64,000 bases of DNA, from the NCBI RefSeq assembly GCF_044324875.1, contig NZ_CP172185.1; one strand, written 5' to 3'. Within the stretch, counting starts at the first letter, position 1. Every line of letters begins with the position of its first letter. Shown here in pieces: positions 44,969 through 58,014 of this stretch. Position numbers and translations under genes: made by a program. The notes under the pieces are model-generated. The model ran no database searches. It was not told the origin of the DNA and saw nothing but the letters and a program-made list of their open reading frames with translations. The DNA comes from Escherichia coli (GTDB taxonomy: Bacteria > Pseudomonadota > Gammaproteobacteria > Enterobacterales > Enterobacteriaceae).

Positions 44969-46641
44969 TGGCTGCGCAAGGGTTCTTACTGATCGCCACG
45001 TTTTTACTGGTGTTAATGGTGCTGGCACGTCCTTTAGGCAGCGGGCTGGCGCGGCTGATTAATGACATACCTCTTCCCGGTACAGCGGGCGTTGAACGTA
45101 TACTCTTTCGTTTACCTGGCGTCTCTGACCATGAGATGAACTGGAAGCAGTATCTCTGTGCCATTCTCGGCCTGAACATGCTGGGGCTGGCGGTGCTGTT
45201 TTTTATGTTGCTCGGTCAGCACTATCTGCCGCTTAATCCACAGCAGTTGCCGGGGCTGTCGTGGGATCTGGCGCTGAATACTGCCGTCAGCTTTGTCACC
45301 AATACCAACTGGCAATCTTACAGCGGTGAAACTACGTTGAGCTATTTCAGCCAGATGGCTGGCTTAACGGTGCAAAACTTTCTTTCTGCCGCCAGCGGGA
45401 TTGCGGTGATTTTTGCCCTCATCCGTGCGTTTACCCGCCAGAGCATGAGCACACTCGGGAATGCCTGGGTCGATCTGCTACGCATCACGTTATGGGTGCT
45501 AGTCCCTGTGGCGTTGTTGATCGCACTGTTTTTTATTCAACAAGGTGCGCTGCAAAACTTTCTGCCCTATCAGGCGGTGAATACCGTTGAAGGAGCGAAA
45601 CAGCTGTTACCAATGGGTCCGGTGGCTTCTCAGGAAGCGATCAAGATGCTCGGCACTAACGGCGGTGGCTTCTTTAATGCCAACTCGTCGCATCCGTTTG
45701 AAAACCCAACCGCACTGACCAACTTCGTGCAAATGCTGGCGATCTTCTTGATCCCAACAGCGCTGTGCTTTGCCTTTGGTGAAGTGGCGGGCGATCGTCG
45801 TCAGGGGCGCATGTTGCTGTGGGCGATGTCAGTGATTTTTGTCATCTGCGCAGGCGTGGTGATGTGGGCAGAAGTTCAGGGTAATCCTCATCTGCTGGCG
45901 CTGGGCGCGGACAGCAGCATCAATATGGAAGGTAAAGAGAGCCGTTTCGGCGTGCTGGTCAGTAGCCTGTTTGCGGTCGTGACTACGGCGGCTTCCTGCG
46001 GCGCGGTGATTGCGATGCATGATTCGTTTACCGCCCCCGGTGGCATGGTGCCGATGTGGCTGATGCAAATTGGTGAAGTGGTATTCGGCGGTGTCGGTTC
46101 TGGTCTTTACGGCATGATGCTGTTTGTCCTGCTGGCGGTGTTTATTGCCGGGCTGATGATTGGTCGTACACCGGAATATCTGGGTAAAAAAATCGACGTA
46201 CGCGAGATGAAACTGACCGCACTGGCGATTCTGGTCACCCCGACGCTGGTGCTGATGGGCGCGGCGCTGGCGATGATGACCGACGCCGGACGTAGCGCCA
46301 TGCTCAACCCGGGCCCGCATGGTTTTAGCGAAGTGCTGTACGCCGTGTCATCCGCCGCTAACAACAACGGCAGCGCCTTTGCCGGATTAAGCGCCAACTC
46401 CCCATTCTGGAACTGTTTGCTGGCGTTCTGCATGTTTGTTGGTCGCTTCGGGGTGATTATTCCGGTGATGGCAATTGCTGGTTCGCTGGTGAGTAAAAAG
46501 AGCCAACCCGCCAGCTCCGGCACACTGCCTACGCACGGCCCGCTGTTTGTTGGCCTGTTAATCGGCACCGTGTTGCTGGTTGGCGCACTGACCTTTATCC
46601 CTGCCCTGGCGCTTGGTCCGGTGGCGGAATATCTCTCCTGA
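44968..46641 (+). CDS. kdpA: K+-transporting ATPase subunit A
   Basis: [36 protein letters not shown]...; 557 aa from the chosen start. Confidence 0.95.
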   Translation: MAAQGFLLIATFLLVLMVLARPLGSGLARLINDIPLPGTAGVERILFRLPGVSDHEMNWKQYLCAILGLNMLGLAVLFFMLLGQHYLPLNPQQLPGLSWDLALNTAVSFVTNTNWQSYSGETTLSYFSQMAGLTVQNFLSAASGIAVIFALIRAFTRQSMSTLGNAWVDLLRITLWVLVPVALLIALFFIQQGALQNFLPYQAVNTVEGAKQLLPMGPVASQEAIKMLGTNGGGFFNANSSHPFENPTALTNFVQMLAIFLIPTALCFAFGEVAGDRRQGRMLLWAMSVIFVICAGVVMWAEVQGNPHLLALGADSSINMEGKESRFGVLVSSLFAVVTTAASCGAVIAMHDSFTAPGGMVPMWLMQIGEVVFGGVGSGLYGMMLFVLLAVFIAGLMIGRTPEYLGKKIDVREMKLTALAILVTPTLVLMGAALAMMTDAGRSAMLNPGPHGFSEVLYAVSSAANNNGSAFAGLSANSPFWNCLLAFCMFVGRFGVIIPVMAIAGSLVSKKSQPASSGTLPTHGPLFVGLLIGTVLLVGALTFIPALALGPVAEYLS

Positions 46642-46663
46642 TGATATTGAGTGAGCACTGAAT

Positions 46664-48712
46664 ATGAGTCGTAAACAACTGGCGCTATTCGAACCAACAC
46701 TTGTCGTTCAGGCGCTGAAAGAAGCGGTGAAAAAATTAAACCCGCAGGCGCAATGGCGCAATCCGGTGATGTTTATCGTCTGGATCGGCAGTCTGCTGAC
46801 CACCTTTATTAGCATCGCAATGGCAAGCGGTGCGATGCCTGGCAATGTGCTGTTTAGCGCGGCAATCAGCGGCTGGCTGTGGGTCACCGTACTGTTCGCT
46901 AATTTCGCCGAGGCGCTGGCAGAAGGCCGCAGTAAAGCGCAGGCCAACAGTCTGAAAGGGGTGAAAAAAACTGCCTTTGCCCGCAAGCTGCGTGAGCCGA
47001 AATATGGCGCTGCGGCGGACAAAGTTCCCGCCGATCAACTGCGTAAAGGCGATATCGTACTGGTAGAAGCTGGCGATATTATCCCCTGCGATGGTGAAGT
47101 CATTGAAGGGGGTGCATCGGTCGATGAAAGCGCCATCACCGGGGAATCGGCACCGGTGATCCGTGAATCCGGCGGCGATTTTGCCTCCGTCACTGGCGGC
47201 ACGCGTATTCTTTCTGACTGGCTGGTGATTGAGTGCAGCGTTAACCCCGGCGAGACATTTCTGGATCGGATGATCGCGATGGTGGAAGGTGCGCAGCGAC
47301 GTAAAACGCCGAACGAGATTGCCCTGACCATCCTGCTGATTGCCCTGACTATCGTCTTTTTACTGGCAACCGCCACGCTGTGGCCGTTTTCCGCGTGGGG
47401 CGGTAATGCAGTCAGTGTAACGGTACTGGTGGCGCTGCTGGTCTGTCTGATCCCAACCACTATTGGCGGCCTGTTGTCAGCGATCGGCGTCGCCGGGATG
47501 AGTCGGATGCTGGGCGCGAATGTGATTGCCACCAGCGGACGTGCAGTTGAAGCGGCAGGTGACGTTGACGTTCTGCTACTGGATAAAACCGGCACCATCA
47601 CACTCGGTAACCGTCAGGCGTCGGAGTTTATCCCCGCGCAGGGCGTGGATGAAAAAATGCTGGCTGACGCCGCACAACTGGCTTCGCTGGCTGATGAAAC
47701 GCCGGAAGGCCGCAGTATTGTGATCCTCGCCAAGCAGCGTTTTAACCTGCGCGAGCGCGATGTGCAGTCGCTCCATGCCACCTTTGTACCGTTTACTGCG
47801 CAAAGCCGGATGAGCGGGATCAACATCGACAACCGCATGATCCGTAAAGGTTCTGTCGATGCCATTCGCCGCCATGTTGAGGCTAATGGTGGTCACTTCC
47901 CAGCCGATGTTGATCAAAAAGTCGATCAGGTTGCGCGTCAGGGAGCCACGCCGCTTGTAGTAGTAGAAGGCTCCCATGTGCTTGGCGTTATTGCGCTGAA
48001 AGATATCGTCAAAGGCGGTATTAAAGAGCGCTTCGCGCAGTTGCGTAAAATGGGCATTAAAACGGTGATGATTACCGGTGATAACCGTCTGACTGCCGCC
48101 GCGATAGCTGCGGAAGCGGGTGTCGATGATTTTCTCGCCGAAGCGACACCGGAGGCCAAGCTGGCATTGATTCGTCAGTATCAGGCGGAAGGCCGTTTGG
48201 TGGCGATGACCGGCGATGGCACCAACGATGCTCCGGCGCTGGCGCAGGCAGATGTCGCGGTGGCGATGAACTCTGGTACTCAGGCGGCGAAAGAAGCGGG
48301 CAATATGGTGGATCTCGACTCTAACCCGACCAAGTTGATCGAGGTGGTGCATATTGGCAAACAGATGCTGATGACCCGTGGCTCGCTGACCACCTTCAGC
48401 ATTGCCAACGATGTGGCGAAATACTTCGCCATTATTCCGGCGGCGTTCGCGGCAACGTATCCGCAGTTAAATGCGCTGAACATCATGCGCCTGCATTCGC
48501 CCGACTCCGCCATTCTCAGTGCGGTCATTTTCAACGCCTTGATTATCGTCTTTTTGATTCCCCTGGCGTTAAAAGGCGTGAGTTATAAACCGTTTACCGC
48601 TTCTGCCATGTTGCGCCGTAACTTATGGATTTACGGTCTGGGTGGGCTGCTGGTGCCGTTTATTGGTATCAAAGTCATTGATTTACTGCTGACCGTTTGC
48701 GGTCTGGTGTGA
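46664..48712 (+). CDS. kdpB: K+-transporting ATPase subunit B (P-type ATPase)
   Basis: 682-aa ORF with DKTGT phosphorylation motif ([13 protein letters not shown]) and [11 protein letters not shown] motif. Confidence 0.95.
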   Translation: MSRKQLALFEPTLVVQALKEAVKKLNPQAQWRNPVMFIVWIGSLLTTFISIAMASGAMPGNVLFSAAISGWLWVTVLFANFAEALAEGRSKAQANSLKGVKKTAFARKLREPKYGAAADKVPADQLRKGDIVLVEAGDIIPCDGEVIEGGASVDESAITGESAPVIRESGGDFASVTGGTRILSDWLVIECSVNPGETFLDRMIAMVEGAQRRKTPNEIALTILLIALTIVFLLATATLWPFSAWGGNAVSVTVLVALLVCLIPTTIGGLLSAIGVAGMSRMLGANVIATSGRAVEAAGDVDVLLLDKTGTITLGNRQASEFIPAQGVDEKMLADAAQLASLADETPEGRSIVILAKQRFNLRERDVQSLHATFVPFTAQSRMSGINIDNRMIRKGSVDAIRRHVEANGGHFPADVDQKVDQVARQGATPLVVVEGSHVLGVIALKDIVKGGIKERFAQLRKMGIKTVMITGDNRLTAAAIAAEAGVDDFLAEATPEAKLALIRQYQAEGRLVAMTGDGTNDAPALAQADVAVAMNSGTQAAKEAGNMVDLDSNPTKLIEVVHIGKQMLMTRGSLTTFSIANDVAKYFAIIPAAFAATYPQLNALNIMRLHSPDSAILSAVIFNALIIVFLIPLALKGVSYKPFTASAMLRRNLWIYGLGGLLVPFIGIKVIDLLLTVCGLV

Positions 48713-48720
48713 GGTTTACC

Positions 48721-49293
48721 ATGAGTGGATTACGTCCGGCATTATCAACATTTATCTTTCTGTTATTGATTACTGGCGGCGTTTACCCGCTGCTGACCAC
48801 CGCGCTGGGGCAATGGTGGTTTCCCTGGCAGGCCAACGGTTCGTTGATTCGTGAAGGTGATACGGTGCGCGGTTCAGCATTAATCGGGCAGAATTTTACC
48901 GGCAACGGCTATTTTCATGGTCGCCCGTCGGCAACGGCAGAAATACCCTATAATCCACAGGCTTCTGGCGGGAGCAATCTGGCGGTCAGTAACCCTGAGC
49001 TGGATAAACTAATAGCCGCACGCGTTGCTGCATTACGGGCCGCTAACCCGGATGTCAGCGCGAACGTTCCGGTTGAACTGGTGACGGCATCGGCAAGCGG
49101 ACTGGACAATAACATCACCCCGCAAGCGGCAGCCTGGCAGATCCCACGCGTGGCGAAAGCGCGTAATCTCAGCGTTGAACAGCTCACGCAACTGATCGCA
49201 AAATACAGCCAACAACCGCTGGTGAAATATATCGGCCAGCCGGTCGTCAACATTGTCGAACTCAATCTGGCGCTGGATAAACTTGATGAATAA
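48721..49293 (+). CDS. kdpC: K+-transporting ATPase subunit C
   Basis: [40 protein letters not shown]...; 190 aa. Confidence 0.92.
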   Translation: MSGLRPALSTFIFLLLITGGVYPLLTTALGQWWFPWQANGSLIREGDTVRGSALIGQNFTGNGYFHGRPSATAEIPYNPQASGGSNLAVSNPELDKLIAARVAALRAANPDVSANVPVELVTASASGLDNNITPQAAAWQIPRVAKARNLSVEQLTQLIAKYSQQPLVKYIGQPVVNIVELNLALDKLDE

Positions 49294-51970
49294 CGAACCC
49301 TTACGTCCCGACCCCGATCGTCTGCTGGAACAAACTGCCGCGCCGCATCGGGGGAAGCTGAAAGTTTTCTTCGGTGCCTGTGCGGGCGTCGGAAAGACCT
49401 GGGCGATGCTGGCAGAAGCCCAGCGACTGCGGGCGCAAGGGCTGGATATTGTGGTTGGCGTGGTTGAAACCCACGGGCGGAAAGATACCGCCGCAATGCT
49501 GGAAGGGCTGGCTGTTCTGCCGCCCAAACGCCAGGCGTACCGTGGGCGGCATATCAGCGAGTTTGATCTCGATGCCGCCCTCGCCCGCCGTCCGGCGCTG
49601 ATCTTAATGGACGAACTGGCGCACAGTAATGCGCCAGGTTCTCGTCATCCTAAACGCTGGCAGGACATCGAAGAGCTGCTGGAAGCTGGCATTGATGTTT
49701 TCACAACCGTCAACGTTCAGCATCTGGAAAGTCTGAATGATGTGGTCAGCGGCGTCACCGGAATTCAGGTACGGGAAACCGTGCCCGATCCTTTTTTCGA
49801 TGCCGCCGACGACGTGGTGCTGGTGGACTTGCCCCCGGACGATCTGCGTCAACGGCTGAAAGAAGGTAAAGTCTATATTGCCGGGCAGGCGGAACGCGCC
49901 ATTGAACATTTTTTTCGTAAAGGTAATCTGATCGCCCTGCGCGAACTGGCACTGCGCCGTACTGCCGATCGCGTTGATGAGCAAATGCGCGCCTGGCGGG
50001 GGCATCCTGGCGAAGAGAAAGTCTGGCACACGCGCGACGCGATCCTTTTATGCATCGGGCATAACACCGGCAGCGAAAAACTGGTCCGCGCGGCGGCGCG
50101 GCTGGCGTCACGGCTGGGTAGCGTCTGGCACGCTGTGTATGTTGAAACCCCTACCCTGCACCGCTTACCGGAGAAAAAACGTCGGGCAATTCTCAGCGCC
50201 TTACGTCTGGCACAGGAGCTGGGCGCAGAGACGGCAACACTTTCTGATCCAGCGGAAGAGAAAGCGGTAGTGCGTTATGCCCGTGAACATAATCTCGGCA
50301 AGATTATTCTCGGTCGCCCGGCCTCGCGCCGCTGGTGGCGTCGGGAAACGTTTGCTGACCGACTGGCGCGAATCGCCCCCGATCTCGATCAGGTGCTGGT
50401 CGCGCTTGATGAACCACCCGCCCGCACGATAAACAACGCGCCGGATAGCCGCTCTTTTAAAGACAAGTGGCGGGTACAGATTCAGGGATGCGTGGTTGCC
50501 GCCGCGTTATGCGCCGTTATCACCTTAATTGCCATGCAGTGGCTGATGGCGTTTGATGCCGCCAACCTGGTGATGCTGTATCTGCTTGGCGTGGTGGTGG
50601 TGGCACTATTTTATGGACGCTGGCCTTCGGTGGTTGCCACCGTTATTAATGTGGTGAGTTTCGATCTCTTTTTTATCGCCCCACGCGGCACGCTCGCCGT
50701 CTCTGATGTGCAATATCTGTTGACCTTCACGGTGATGTTAACCGTCGGGCTGGTGATCGGGAACCTTACTGCTGGCGTGCGTTATCAGGCGCGGGTAGCC
50801 CGTTACCGCGAACAACGTACACGGCACTTATATGAAATGTCGAAAGCTCTGGCGGTGGGCCGCAGTCTGCAGGACATCGCCGCCACCAGCGAACAATTTA
50901 TTGCCTCCACGTTTCATGCCCGCAGTCAGGTGCTGTTACCCGATGACAACGGTAAATTGCAGCCGTTAACACATCCGCAAGGAATGACGCCGTGGGACGA
51001 TGCCATCGCGCAGTGGAGTTTTGATAAAGGCCTGCCTGCGGGCGCGGGCACCGACACGTTACCCGGTGTACCGTACCAGATTTTGCCGCTAAAAAGCGGC
51101 GAGAAAACCTACGGGCTGGTGGTGGTGGAACCGGGGAATCTGCGCCAGTTGATGATCCCGGAACAGCAACGCCTGCTGGAGACGTTTACGCTGTTAGTCG
51201 CCAATGCCCTTGAGCGGCTGACACTGACCGCCAGCGAAGAACAGGCGCGGATGGCAAGCGAACGAGAACAGATCCGCAACGCCCTGCTGGCGGCGCTTTC
51301 GCATGATTTACGCACTCCGCTTACGGTGCTGTTCGGTCAGGCAGAAATCTTAACGCTCGATCTGGCAAGCGAAGGATCGCCTCACGCCCGCCAGGCCAGC
51401 GAGATTCGCCAGCATGTGCTGAACACGACCCGACTGGTGAATAATCTACTGGATATGGCGCGAATTCAGTCCGGCGGCTTTAATTTGAAGAAAGAGTGGT
51501 TAACGCTGGAAGAAGTGGTCGGCAGCGCGCTGCAAATGCTGGAACCGGGTTTATCGTCGCCCATCAATCTTTCTCTGCCAGAACCGCTGACCTTAATCCA
51601 CGTTGACGGGCCGCTCTTTGAACGGGTGCTGATTAATCTGCTGGAGAACGCGGTGAAATACGCGGGGGCGCAGGCCGAAATTGGTATCGATGCCCACGTT
51701 GAGGGCGAGAAGCTACAACTGGATGTCTGGGATAACGGCCCCGGTCTTCCGCCAGGCCAGGAGCAGACGATATTTGATAAGTTTGCTCGCGGGAATAAAG
51801 AGTCGGCGGTACCGGGTGTCGGGCTTGGGCTGGCAATTTGTCGGGCGATTGTGGATGTACACGGCGGCACCATTACCGCGTTCAACCGACCGGAAGGTGG
51901 TGCCTGTTTTCGTGTTACACTTCCCCAGCAAACTGCCCCTGAACTTGAAGAATTTCATGAGGATATGTGA
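49286..51970 (+). CDS. kdpD: sensor histidine kinase KdpD
   Basis: [42 protein letters not shown]...; 894 aa; overlaps the kdpC end. Confidence 0.95.
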   Translation: MNNEPLRPDPDRLLEQTAAPHRGKLKVFFGACAGVGKTWAMLAEAQRLRAQGLDIVVGVVETHGRKDTAAMLEGLAVLPPKRQAYRGRHISEFDLDAALARRPALILMDELAHSNAPGSRHPKRWQDIEELLEAGIDVFTTVNVQHLESLNDVVSGVTGIQVRETVPDPFFDAADDVVLVDLPPDDLRQRLKEGKVYIAGQAERAIEHFFRKGNLIALRELALRRTADRVDEQMRAWRGHPGEEKVWHTRDAILLCIGHNTGSEKLVRAAARLASRLGSVWHAVYVETPTLHRLPEKKRRAILSALRLAQELGAETATLSDPAEEKAVVRYAREHNLGKIILGRPASRRWWRRETFADRLARIAPDLDQVLVALDEPPARTINNAPDSRSFKDKWRVQIQGCVVAAALCAVITLIAMQWLMAFDAANLVMLYLLGVVVVALFYGRWPSVVATVINVVSFDLFFIAPRGTLAVSDVQYLLTFTVMLTVGLVIGNLTAGVRYQARVARYREQRTRHLYEMSKALAVGRSLQDIAATSEQFIASTFHARSQVLLPDDNGKLQPLTHPQGMTPWDDAIAQWSFDKGLPAGAGTDTLPGVPYQILPLKSGEKTYGLVVVEPGNLRQLMIPEQQRLLETFTLLVANALERLTLTASEEQARMASEREQIRNALLAALSHDLRTPLTVLFGQAEILTLDLASEGSPHARQASEIRQHVLNTTRLVNNLLDMARIQSGGFNLKKEWLTLEEVVGSALQMLEPGLSSPINLSLPEPLTLIHVDGPLFERVLINLLENAVKYAGAQAEIGIDAHVEGEKLQLDVWDNGPGLPPGQEQTIFDKFARGNKESAVPGVGLGLAICRAIVDVHGGTITAFNRPEGGACFRVTLPQQTAPELEEFHEDM

Positions 51971-52644
51971 CAAACGTTCTGATTGTTGAAGATGAACAGG
52001 CTATTCGTCGCTTTCTGCGCACGGCGCTGGAGGGCGACGGTATGCGCGTCTTTGAGGCCGAAACGCTGCAACGCGGCTTGCTGGAAGCGGCAACCCGTAA
52101 GCCAGATTTGATTATTCTCGATCTCGGCCTGCCCGATGGTGATGGGATTGAGTTTATCCGCGACCTGCGCCAGTGGAGCGCGGTGCCGGTGATTGTGCTT
52201 TCCGCACGTAGCGAAGAGAGCGATAAAATCGCCGCGCTGGATGCCGGAGCGGATGATTACCTGAGTAAGCCATTTGGTATTGGCGAATTGCAGGCCCGTC
52301 TGCGCGTCGCTTTACGCCGCCACTCCGCCACCACCGCGCCCGATCCGCTGGTGAAATTTTCCGATGTTACCGTCGATTTAGCGGCTCGTGTGATCCATCG
52401 CGGTGACGAAGAGGTGCATCTCACCCCGATTGAGTTCCGCCTGCTGGCGGTGCTACTTAACAATGCCGGAAAAGTACTCACCCAGCGCCAGTTACTCAAT
52501 CAGGTGTGGGGACCAAACGCGGTCGAACACAGCCACTATTTGCGTATTTATATGGGGCATCTGCGACAAAAACTGGAACAGGATCCCGCCCGCCCACGCC
52601 ATTTCATTACTGAAACCGGTATTGGGTATCGGTTTATGCTTTAG
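51967..52644 (+). CDS. kdpE: response regulator KdpE (OmpR family)
   Basis: 225-aa ORF with receiver (VLIVEDEQAIRRFL...DLGLPDGDG) and winged-helix domains; overlaps the kdpD stop. Confidence 0.95.
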   Translation: MTNVLIVEDEQAIRRFLRTALEGDGMRVFEAETLQRGLLEAATRKPDLIILDLGLPDGDGIEFIRDLRQWSAVPVIVLSARSEESDKIAALDAGADDYLSKPFGIGELQARLRVALRRHSATTAPDPLVKFSDVTVDLAARVIHRGDEEVHLTPIEFRLLAVLLNNAGKVLTQRQLLNQVWGPNAVEHSHYLRIYMGHLRQKLEQDPARPRHFITETGIGYRFML

Positions 52645-52654
52645 GGTCTGAATT

Positions 52655-52736
<82 letters not shown>

Positions 52737-52755
52737 GGCACTCATCGCGATATGT

Positions 52756-53250
52756 TTAATGCGTATTTATCTGTTTCAACTCTTGCTGGCATTTTTCTGA
52801 CTGGCAGCGTCGCAACTCGATAATCCCGACATGCATCATCGAGCCAAAAAATCCGCTTTCGCTGACATAATCCTCATTAACAATCGGTCGAGTGCCAGGC
52901 TTGCCCTGGCAAACCCGCATAAAAAATGAGGTGTAGCACTGCCAGCCACGATTTAAACTGCTCTTTTCTTGTGGTGACATATCGTGAAGATAAGTAAGTT
53001 CTTTTTCGTTCCCGCCTGACAACTGCCAGCGGCGGGTATTATCAGGTAAGTTATCGCCACGGCAATTTGTCTTACACCGGGAAGGCGCAATATTTACCGC
53101 AATGCTACCCGTTAATCCTCTGGTTTTATCTTTAGGGGTCAGTAACCAGTCACCAGCTAATGATGATTGTTCAGGTTGGGCGCATGCTGTCAGCAGTAGT
53201 GTGGCGGTAATTAATGCCACTCTGACGACCAGACTCCTTTTGGTCTTCAT
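52756..53250 (-). CDS. ybfP: lipoprotein YbfP
   Basis: MKTKRSLVVRVALITATLLLTAC lipobox signal; 164 aa from the chosen start. Confidence 0.8.
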   Translation of the reverse strand: MKTKRSLVVRVALITATLLLTACAQPEQSSLAGDWLLTPKDKTRGLTGSIAVNIAPSRCKTNCRGDNLPDNTRRWQLSGGNEKELTYLHDMSPQEKSSLNRGWQCYTSFFMRVCQGKPGTRPIVNEDYVSESGFFGSMMHVGIIELRRCQSEKCQQELKQINTH

Positions 53251-53300
53251 TTTGAATTCCCTTGAGCTATTCAGTTTGTTGGCAAAGTGCTCGTTGTTCA

Positions 53301-53400
53301 TGCCGGATGCAGCGTGAACGCCTTATCCGGCCTACAAAATAGCGCAAATTCAATATATTGCACCATCTTCCCAGGCCTGATAAGCGTAGCGCATCAGGCA
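53301..53400. repeat. REP pair (BIME) between ybfP and pgm
   Basis: tgccggatgcagcgtgaacgccttatccggcctac ... caggcctgataagcgtagcgcatcaggca; nearly identical to the copy at 60721..60820. Confidence 0.85.
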
Positions 53401-53454
53401 GTCATAAGTAAAAAAGGGCGATCTTCCGACCGCCCTTTTTCTTATTTAATGTGT

Positions 53455-55095
53455 TTACGCGTTTTTCAGAACTTCGCTAACAATCTCAACCGCTTCTTTC
53501 TCGATCTGCTTGCGATGCTCTTCACCGAGGAAGCTTTCGCAATAAATCTTGTACGCGTCTTCCGTGCCTGACGGACGCGCGGCGAACCAGCCGTTGTCAG
53601 TCATCACTTTCAGACCGCCGATAGAAGCACCGTTGCCCGGTGCCGCCGTCAGGCGCGCGGTGATCGGGTCGCCTGCCAGGGTGCTGGCGCTCACCATTTC
53701 CGGAGACAGCTTAGACAACGCCGCTTTTTGTGCGGAAGTCGCAGCTGCCTGCAAACGGTTGTAGCTCGGCGCACCAAAGCGTTTTGCCAGTTCGTTGTAG
53801 TGTTCCTGCGGGTTCTTACCGGTGACAGCGGTGATTTCCGCCGCCAGCAGACACATGATGATGCCGTCTTTGTCGGTGGACCACGGCGTGCCGTCGAAAC
53901 GCAGGAAGGAAGCCCCTGCGCTCTCTTCGCCGCCAAAGCCGAAGCTGCCGTCGAACAGACCATCAACAAACCATTTGAAACCTACCGGGACTTCTACCAG
54001 CTTACGGCCCAAGTCATTGACCACACGGTCGATCATCGCAGATGAAACCAGCGTTTTACCGACAGCAACATCTTTGCCCCACTGCGGACGATGCTGGAAC
54101 AGGTAGTTGATCGCCACCGCCAGGTAGTGGTTCGGATTCATCAAACCTGCCGGAGTGACGATACCGTGACGGTCATAATCCGGGTCGTTAGCAAACGCCA
54201 GATCGAACTTATCACGCAGTGCCAGCAGGCCCGCCATCGCACACTCGGAGGAGCAGTCCATACGGATCGCACCGTCTTTATCGAGGTGCATAAAGCGGAA
54301 GGTTTGATCGACCTGATCGTTAACGATGGTCAGGTTGAGGTTGTAATACTCGCCAATGCGCTTCCAGTATTCGATACCGGAACCGCCCAACGGATCAACG
54401 CCCAGCGTCAGGCCCGCTTTCTGAATCGCCGCCATATCAACGATATCGGCCAGCCCTTCCACGAACGGCTGCACCAGATCCTGCTCTTTCACATGACCGG
54501 ATGCCATCGCTTCGTCGAGGGAGATACGCTTCACGCCTTTCAGGCCATCGGCCATCAGTGCGTTGGCCCTGTCTTCCACCACTTTGGTGACGTTGGTATC
54601 AGCCGGGCCACCATTTGGCGGATTGTACTTGATACCACCATCTTCCGGCGGGTTATGGGACGGTGTAATCACGATACCGTCTGCCAGCGGGCCACCTTTT
54701 TTATTGTGAACCAGGATGGCATTGGAAACGGCAGGCGTCGGAGTGAAGCCATTGTTTTCCTGCACAATAACATCTACGCCGTTCGCTGCCAGCACTTCCA
54801 GTACGGAAATGAACGCAGGCTCGGACAGAGCGTGAGTATCTTTACCCACATAGCAAGGGCCAGTGATGCCGTTTTTCGCACGTTCTTCAGCAATTGCCTG
54901 AGCGATCGCCAGAATGTGCGGCTCGTTAAAGCTGTGGCGCGCTGCACTGCCACGGTGACCGGAAGTACCGAATTTCACCGCGTGCTCCGCATTCCCTGCT
55001 TCTGGTTTCAGTACATAATATTGCGCCGTCAGTTGGGCGACGTTAATCAAATCACTCTGTTGTGCAGGTTGGCCTGCACGATTGTGGATTGCCAT
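53455..55095 (-). CDS. pgm: phosphoglucomutase
   Basis: [32 protein letters not shown]...GTSGHRGSA...; 546 aa from the MAIHN start. Confidence 0.95.
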   Translation of the reverse strand: MAIHNRAGQPAQQSDLINVAQLTAQYYVLKPEAGNAEHAVKFGTSGHRGSAARHSFNEPHILAIAQAIAEERAKNGITGPCYVGKDTHALSEPAFISVLEVLAANGVDVIVQENNGFTPTPAVSNAILVHNKKGGPLADGIVITPSHNPPEDGGIKYNPPNGGPADTNVTKVVEDRANALMADGLKGVKRISLDEAMASGHVKEQDLVQPFVEGLADIVDMAAIQKAGLTLGVDPLGGSGIEYWKRIGEYYNLNLTIVNDQVDQTFRFMHLDKDGAIRMDCSSECAMAGLLALRDKFDLAFANDPDYDRHGIVTPAGLMNPNHYLAVAINYLFQHRPQWGKDVAVGKTLVSSAMIDRVVNDLGRKLVEVPVGFKWFVDGLFDGSFGFGGEESAGASFLRFDGTPWSTDKDGIIMCLLAAEITAVTGKNPQEHYNELAKRFGAPSYNRLQAAATSAQKAALSKLSPEMVSASTLAGDPITARLTAAPGNGASIGGLKVMTDNGWFAARPSGTEDAYKIYCESFLGEEHRKQIEKEAVEIVSEVLKNA

Positions 55096-55120
55096 TGCTT
55101 TGTCCTTTGTCTGCAACGTT

Positions 55121-55666
55121 TTAGATAGTTCCGCAAACCTTCTCAATCAATTCCGCCGGGAATTGCATCGACTGCATGATGTGTTCGATCATGCTGCATT
55201 TACGGCCGGTGTTGGTGTTGGTGATCACCCAATACGGCGTGCCTGGCACATGTTTCGGCTTGGTCTGATTACCATTTTTCAGCAGCGTTTGTTCATCTGC
55301 CGCAAAGTAAACGCGTGTACGACCGTGCAACGATTCCGTTGCTTCGGCAAACGCCTGGGCGTCAAGAGAATATAGTGTAGACAACAGCAGCATAAAGCGA
55401 TTGACCGCTCGCTTTTGCTCTGCGTATTCATCCGAAAGCAGAAGTTCACGCATTGCGCGAACCTTGTCTTTAATCGTTTTGACCGGCTTCGCTTCGACGA
55501 TAGCAGGTGACGCAACGCGAACCTCTTTCGTCACCGGAGCAGCAGGCTGTGATGCGGCGGAAAATTTCAACATACGCCGTAAAATGTCGGATGCGCTCTC
55601 GCCGATATGCTTAGTGTGGCTGGCAATATAGCTGTAGAGTTCATCATCAACTTCAATCGTTTTCAT
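55121..55666 (-). CDS. seqA: replication-initiation negative regulator SeqA
   Basis: [35 protein letters not shown]...; 181 aa from the MKTIEV start. Confidence 0.93.
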
Positions 55667-55850
55667 CTTAATCCAGTGCAGTGTCTTAGCTGAATACAAG
55701 TCGCCAGGAGTATATGAATAAATCCCGGCAGCGGATAGCGTCAAGCCTGGCTTGCAGAAAAACTCGGAATAAACCTTATTTGTTGCAGCCCTGTGGCACA
55801 ATGGTCAACATAATACCCTAACCCGACAACGCGAAAAAAAGAACTTTGCC

Positions 55851-56615
55851 ATGAAATTGAATATCCGCGCGCAAACTGCACAAAACCAGCACAATAATTC
55901 TCCCATCGTTCTTGTCCATGGTCTGTTTGGTAGCCTAGACAACCTTGGCGTACTGGCTCGCGATCTGGTAAACGATCACAATATCATCCAGGTTGATATG
56001 CGTAACCACGGTCTTTCACCGAGAGATCCGGTAATGAATTACCCGGCGATGGCCCAGGATCTTGTTGATACCCTGGATGCACTGCAGATCGACAAAGCAA
56101 CATTTATCGGTCACTCCATGGGCGGTAAAGCGGTAATGGCACTTACTGCACTGGCCCCCGATCGGATTGACAAGCTGGTGGCAATTGATATTGCTCCGGT
56201 CGATTATCACGTTCGCCGGCATGATGAGATTTTCGCGGCCATCAACGCAGTCAGTGAATCGGACGCACAAACTCGCCAGCAAGCAGCGGCAATAATGCGC
56301 CAGCATCTTAATGAAGAAGGGGTGATTCAGTTTCTGCTGAAATCTTTTGTTGACGGGGAGTGGCGCTTTAACGTGCCGGTATTGTGGGAACAGTATCCGC
56401 ATATTGTGGGTTGGGAGAAAATCCCGGCATGGGATCACCCTGCCCTTTTTATCCCAGGCGGCAATTCTCCGTATGTTAGCGAGCAGTATCGTGATGATTT
56501 ACTGGCGCAATTTCCACAGGCGCGGGCACATGTGATTGCAGGCGCGGGTCACTGGGTCCATGCTGAAAAACCGGATGCGGTATTACGCGCTATCCGTCGC
56601 TATCTCAATGATTAA
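55851..56615 (+). CDS. ybfF: alpha/beta-hydrolase esterase YbfF
   Basis: 254-aa ORF with GHSMGG nucleophile elbow (FIGHSMGGKAVM). Confidence 0.9.
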   Translation: MKLNIRAQTAQNQHNNSPIVLVHGLFGSLDNLGVLARDLVNDHNIIQVDMRNHGLSPRDPVMNYPAMAQDLVDTLDALQIDKATFIGHSMGGKAVMALTALAPDRIDKLVAIDIAPVDYHVRRHDEIFAAINAVSESDAQTRQQAAAIMRQHLNEEGVIQFLLKSFVDGEWRFNVPVLWEQYPHIVGWEKIPAWDHPALFIPGGNSPYVSEQYRDDLLAQFPQARAHVIAGAGHWVHAEKPDAVLRAIRRYLND

Positions 56616-56754
56616 CGCAACTGATTAAAAACCCAGCGTCCGCGTCGCTTTCCGCGCGCGGGCGTTGGCGTGACTCATCGCGCTGATGTATTATGGCGCG
56701 CTATCCATCCGGGCAGAGGCCTGGCTGATTGTTTCCCCCGAAGTCACCAAGATC

Positions 56755-57048
56755 ATGGCCAAAGAACAAACGGACCGTACGACATTAGATCTGTTCGCGC
56801 ACGAGCGTCGACCGGGACGACCGAAAACTAATCCGCTTTCGCGCGATGAACAGCTGCGTATTAATAAACGCAACCAGCTAAAACGCGACAAAGTACGTGG
56901 CCTTAAGCGTGTCGAACTGAAGCTGAACGCGGAAGCTGTCGAGGCGCTGAACGAGCTGGCGGAGTCGCGCAATATGAGCCGTAGCGAACTGATCGAAGAG
57001 ATGTTAATGCAGCAACTGGCGGCGCTGCGTAGTCAGGGCATCGTTTAA
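56755..57048 (+). CDS. ybfE: small protein YbfE (reported as LexA-regulated)
   Basis: [40 protein letters not shown]...; 97 aa; K-12 position between ybfF and fldA. Confidence 0.75.
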   Translation: MAKEQTDRTTLDLFAHERRPGRPKTNPLSRDEQLRINKRNQLKRDKVRGLKRVELKLNAEAVEALNELAESRNMSRSELIEEMLMQQLAALRSQGIV

Positions 57049-57187
57049 ATTTCCACTTTCATTTAGCACAGTGTGCAGTCCTGCTCGTTTGCTGATTCCG
57101 CAAGACTGCCTGTTCTGCTATGATTGCCTTTATCCGTGGGCAATTTTCCACCCCCATTTCAATAAGTTTCAAGAGGTTATTTCACTC

Positions 57188-57718
57188 ATGGCTATCACTG
57201 GCATCTTTTTCGGCAGCGACACCGGTAATACCGAAAATATCGCAAAAATGATTCAAAAACAGCTTGGTAAAGACGTTGCCGATGTCCATGACATTGCAAA
57301 AAGCAGCAAAGAAGATCTGGAAGCATATGACATTCTGCTGCTGGGCATCCCAACCTGGTATTACGGCGAAGCGCAGTGTGACTGGGATGACTTCTTCCCG
57401 ACTCTCGAAGAGATTGATTTCAATGGCAAACTGGTTGCGCTGTTTGGTTGTGGTGACCAGGAAGATTACGCTGAATACTTCTGTGACGCATTGGGCACCA
57501 TCCGCGACATCATTGAACCGCGCGGTGCAACCATCGTTGGTCACTGGCCAACCGCGGGCTACCACTTCGAAGCGTCAAAAGGTCTGGCTGATGATGACCA
57601 CTTTGTCGGTCTGGCTATCGACGAAGACCGTCAGCCGGAACTGACCGCTGAACGTGTAGAAAAATGGGTTAAACAGATTTCTGAAGAGTTGCATCTCGAC
57701 GAAATTCTCAATGCCTGA
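57188..57718 (+). CDS. fldA: flavodoxin 1
   Basis: [48 protein letters not shown]...; 176 aa. Confidence 0.95.
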
Positions 57719-57922
57719 TGTGATGCGGCGTAGACTCATGTCTACGCCGTATTAATAGATAATGCCAATCAAAATAATTGCTACAAATTTGTAACTTTTG
57801 CTGTTGTACCTGTACAATGTCCCAGTGTTCAAGTGGCCTTGCCGTTGTAAATGTAAGCAGTGCCACGTTTTTATTAACAATATTTGCCAGGGACTTGTGG
57901 TTTTCATTTAGGCGTGGCAATT

Positions 57923-57941
57923 CTATAATGATACGCATTAT
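57923..57941 (+). promoter_or_regulatory. Fur box in the fur/uof promoter (autoregulation)
   Basis: tataATGATAcgcATTATC closely matches the GATAATGATAATCATTATC consensus and overlaps the uof start. Confidence 0.6.
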
Positions 57942-58014
57942 CTCAAGAGCAAATTCTGTCACTTCTCCTAATGAAGTGAACCGCTTAGTAACAGGACAGA
58001 TTCCGCATGACTGA
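57928..58014 (+). CDS. uof: uof, upstream ORF translationally coupled to fur
   Basis: ATG at 57928 gives MIRIISRANSVTSPNEVNRLVTGQIPHD (28 aa), with stop TGA overlapping the fur ATG. Confidence 0.8.
   Translation: MIRIISRANSVTSPNEVNRLVTGQIPHD

Noticed and set aside
47035-48352. Minus-strand ORFs of 188 and 258 aa
   Set aside because: Antisense to kdpB; no RBS or family features.
54091-55128. 345-aa + strand ORF
   Set aside because: Antisense to pgm.
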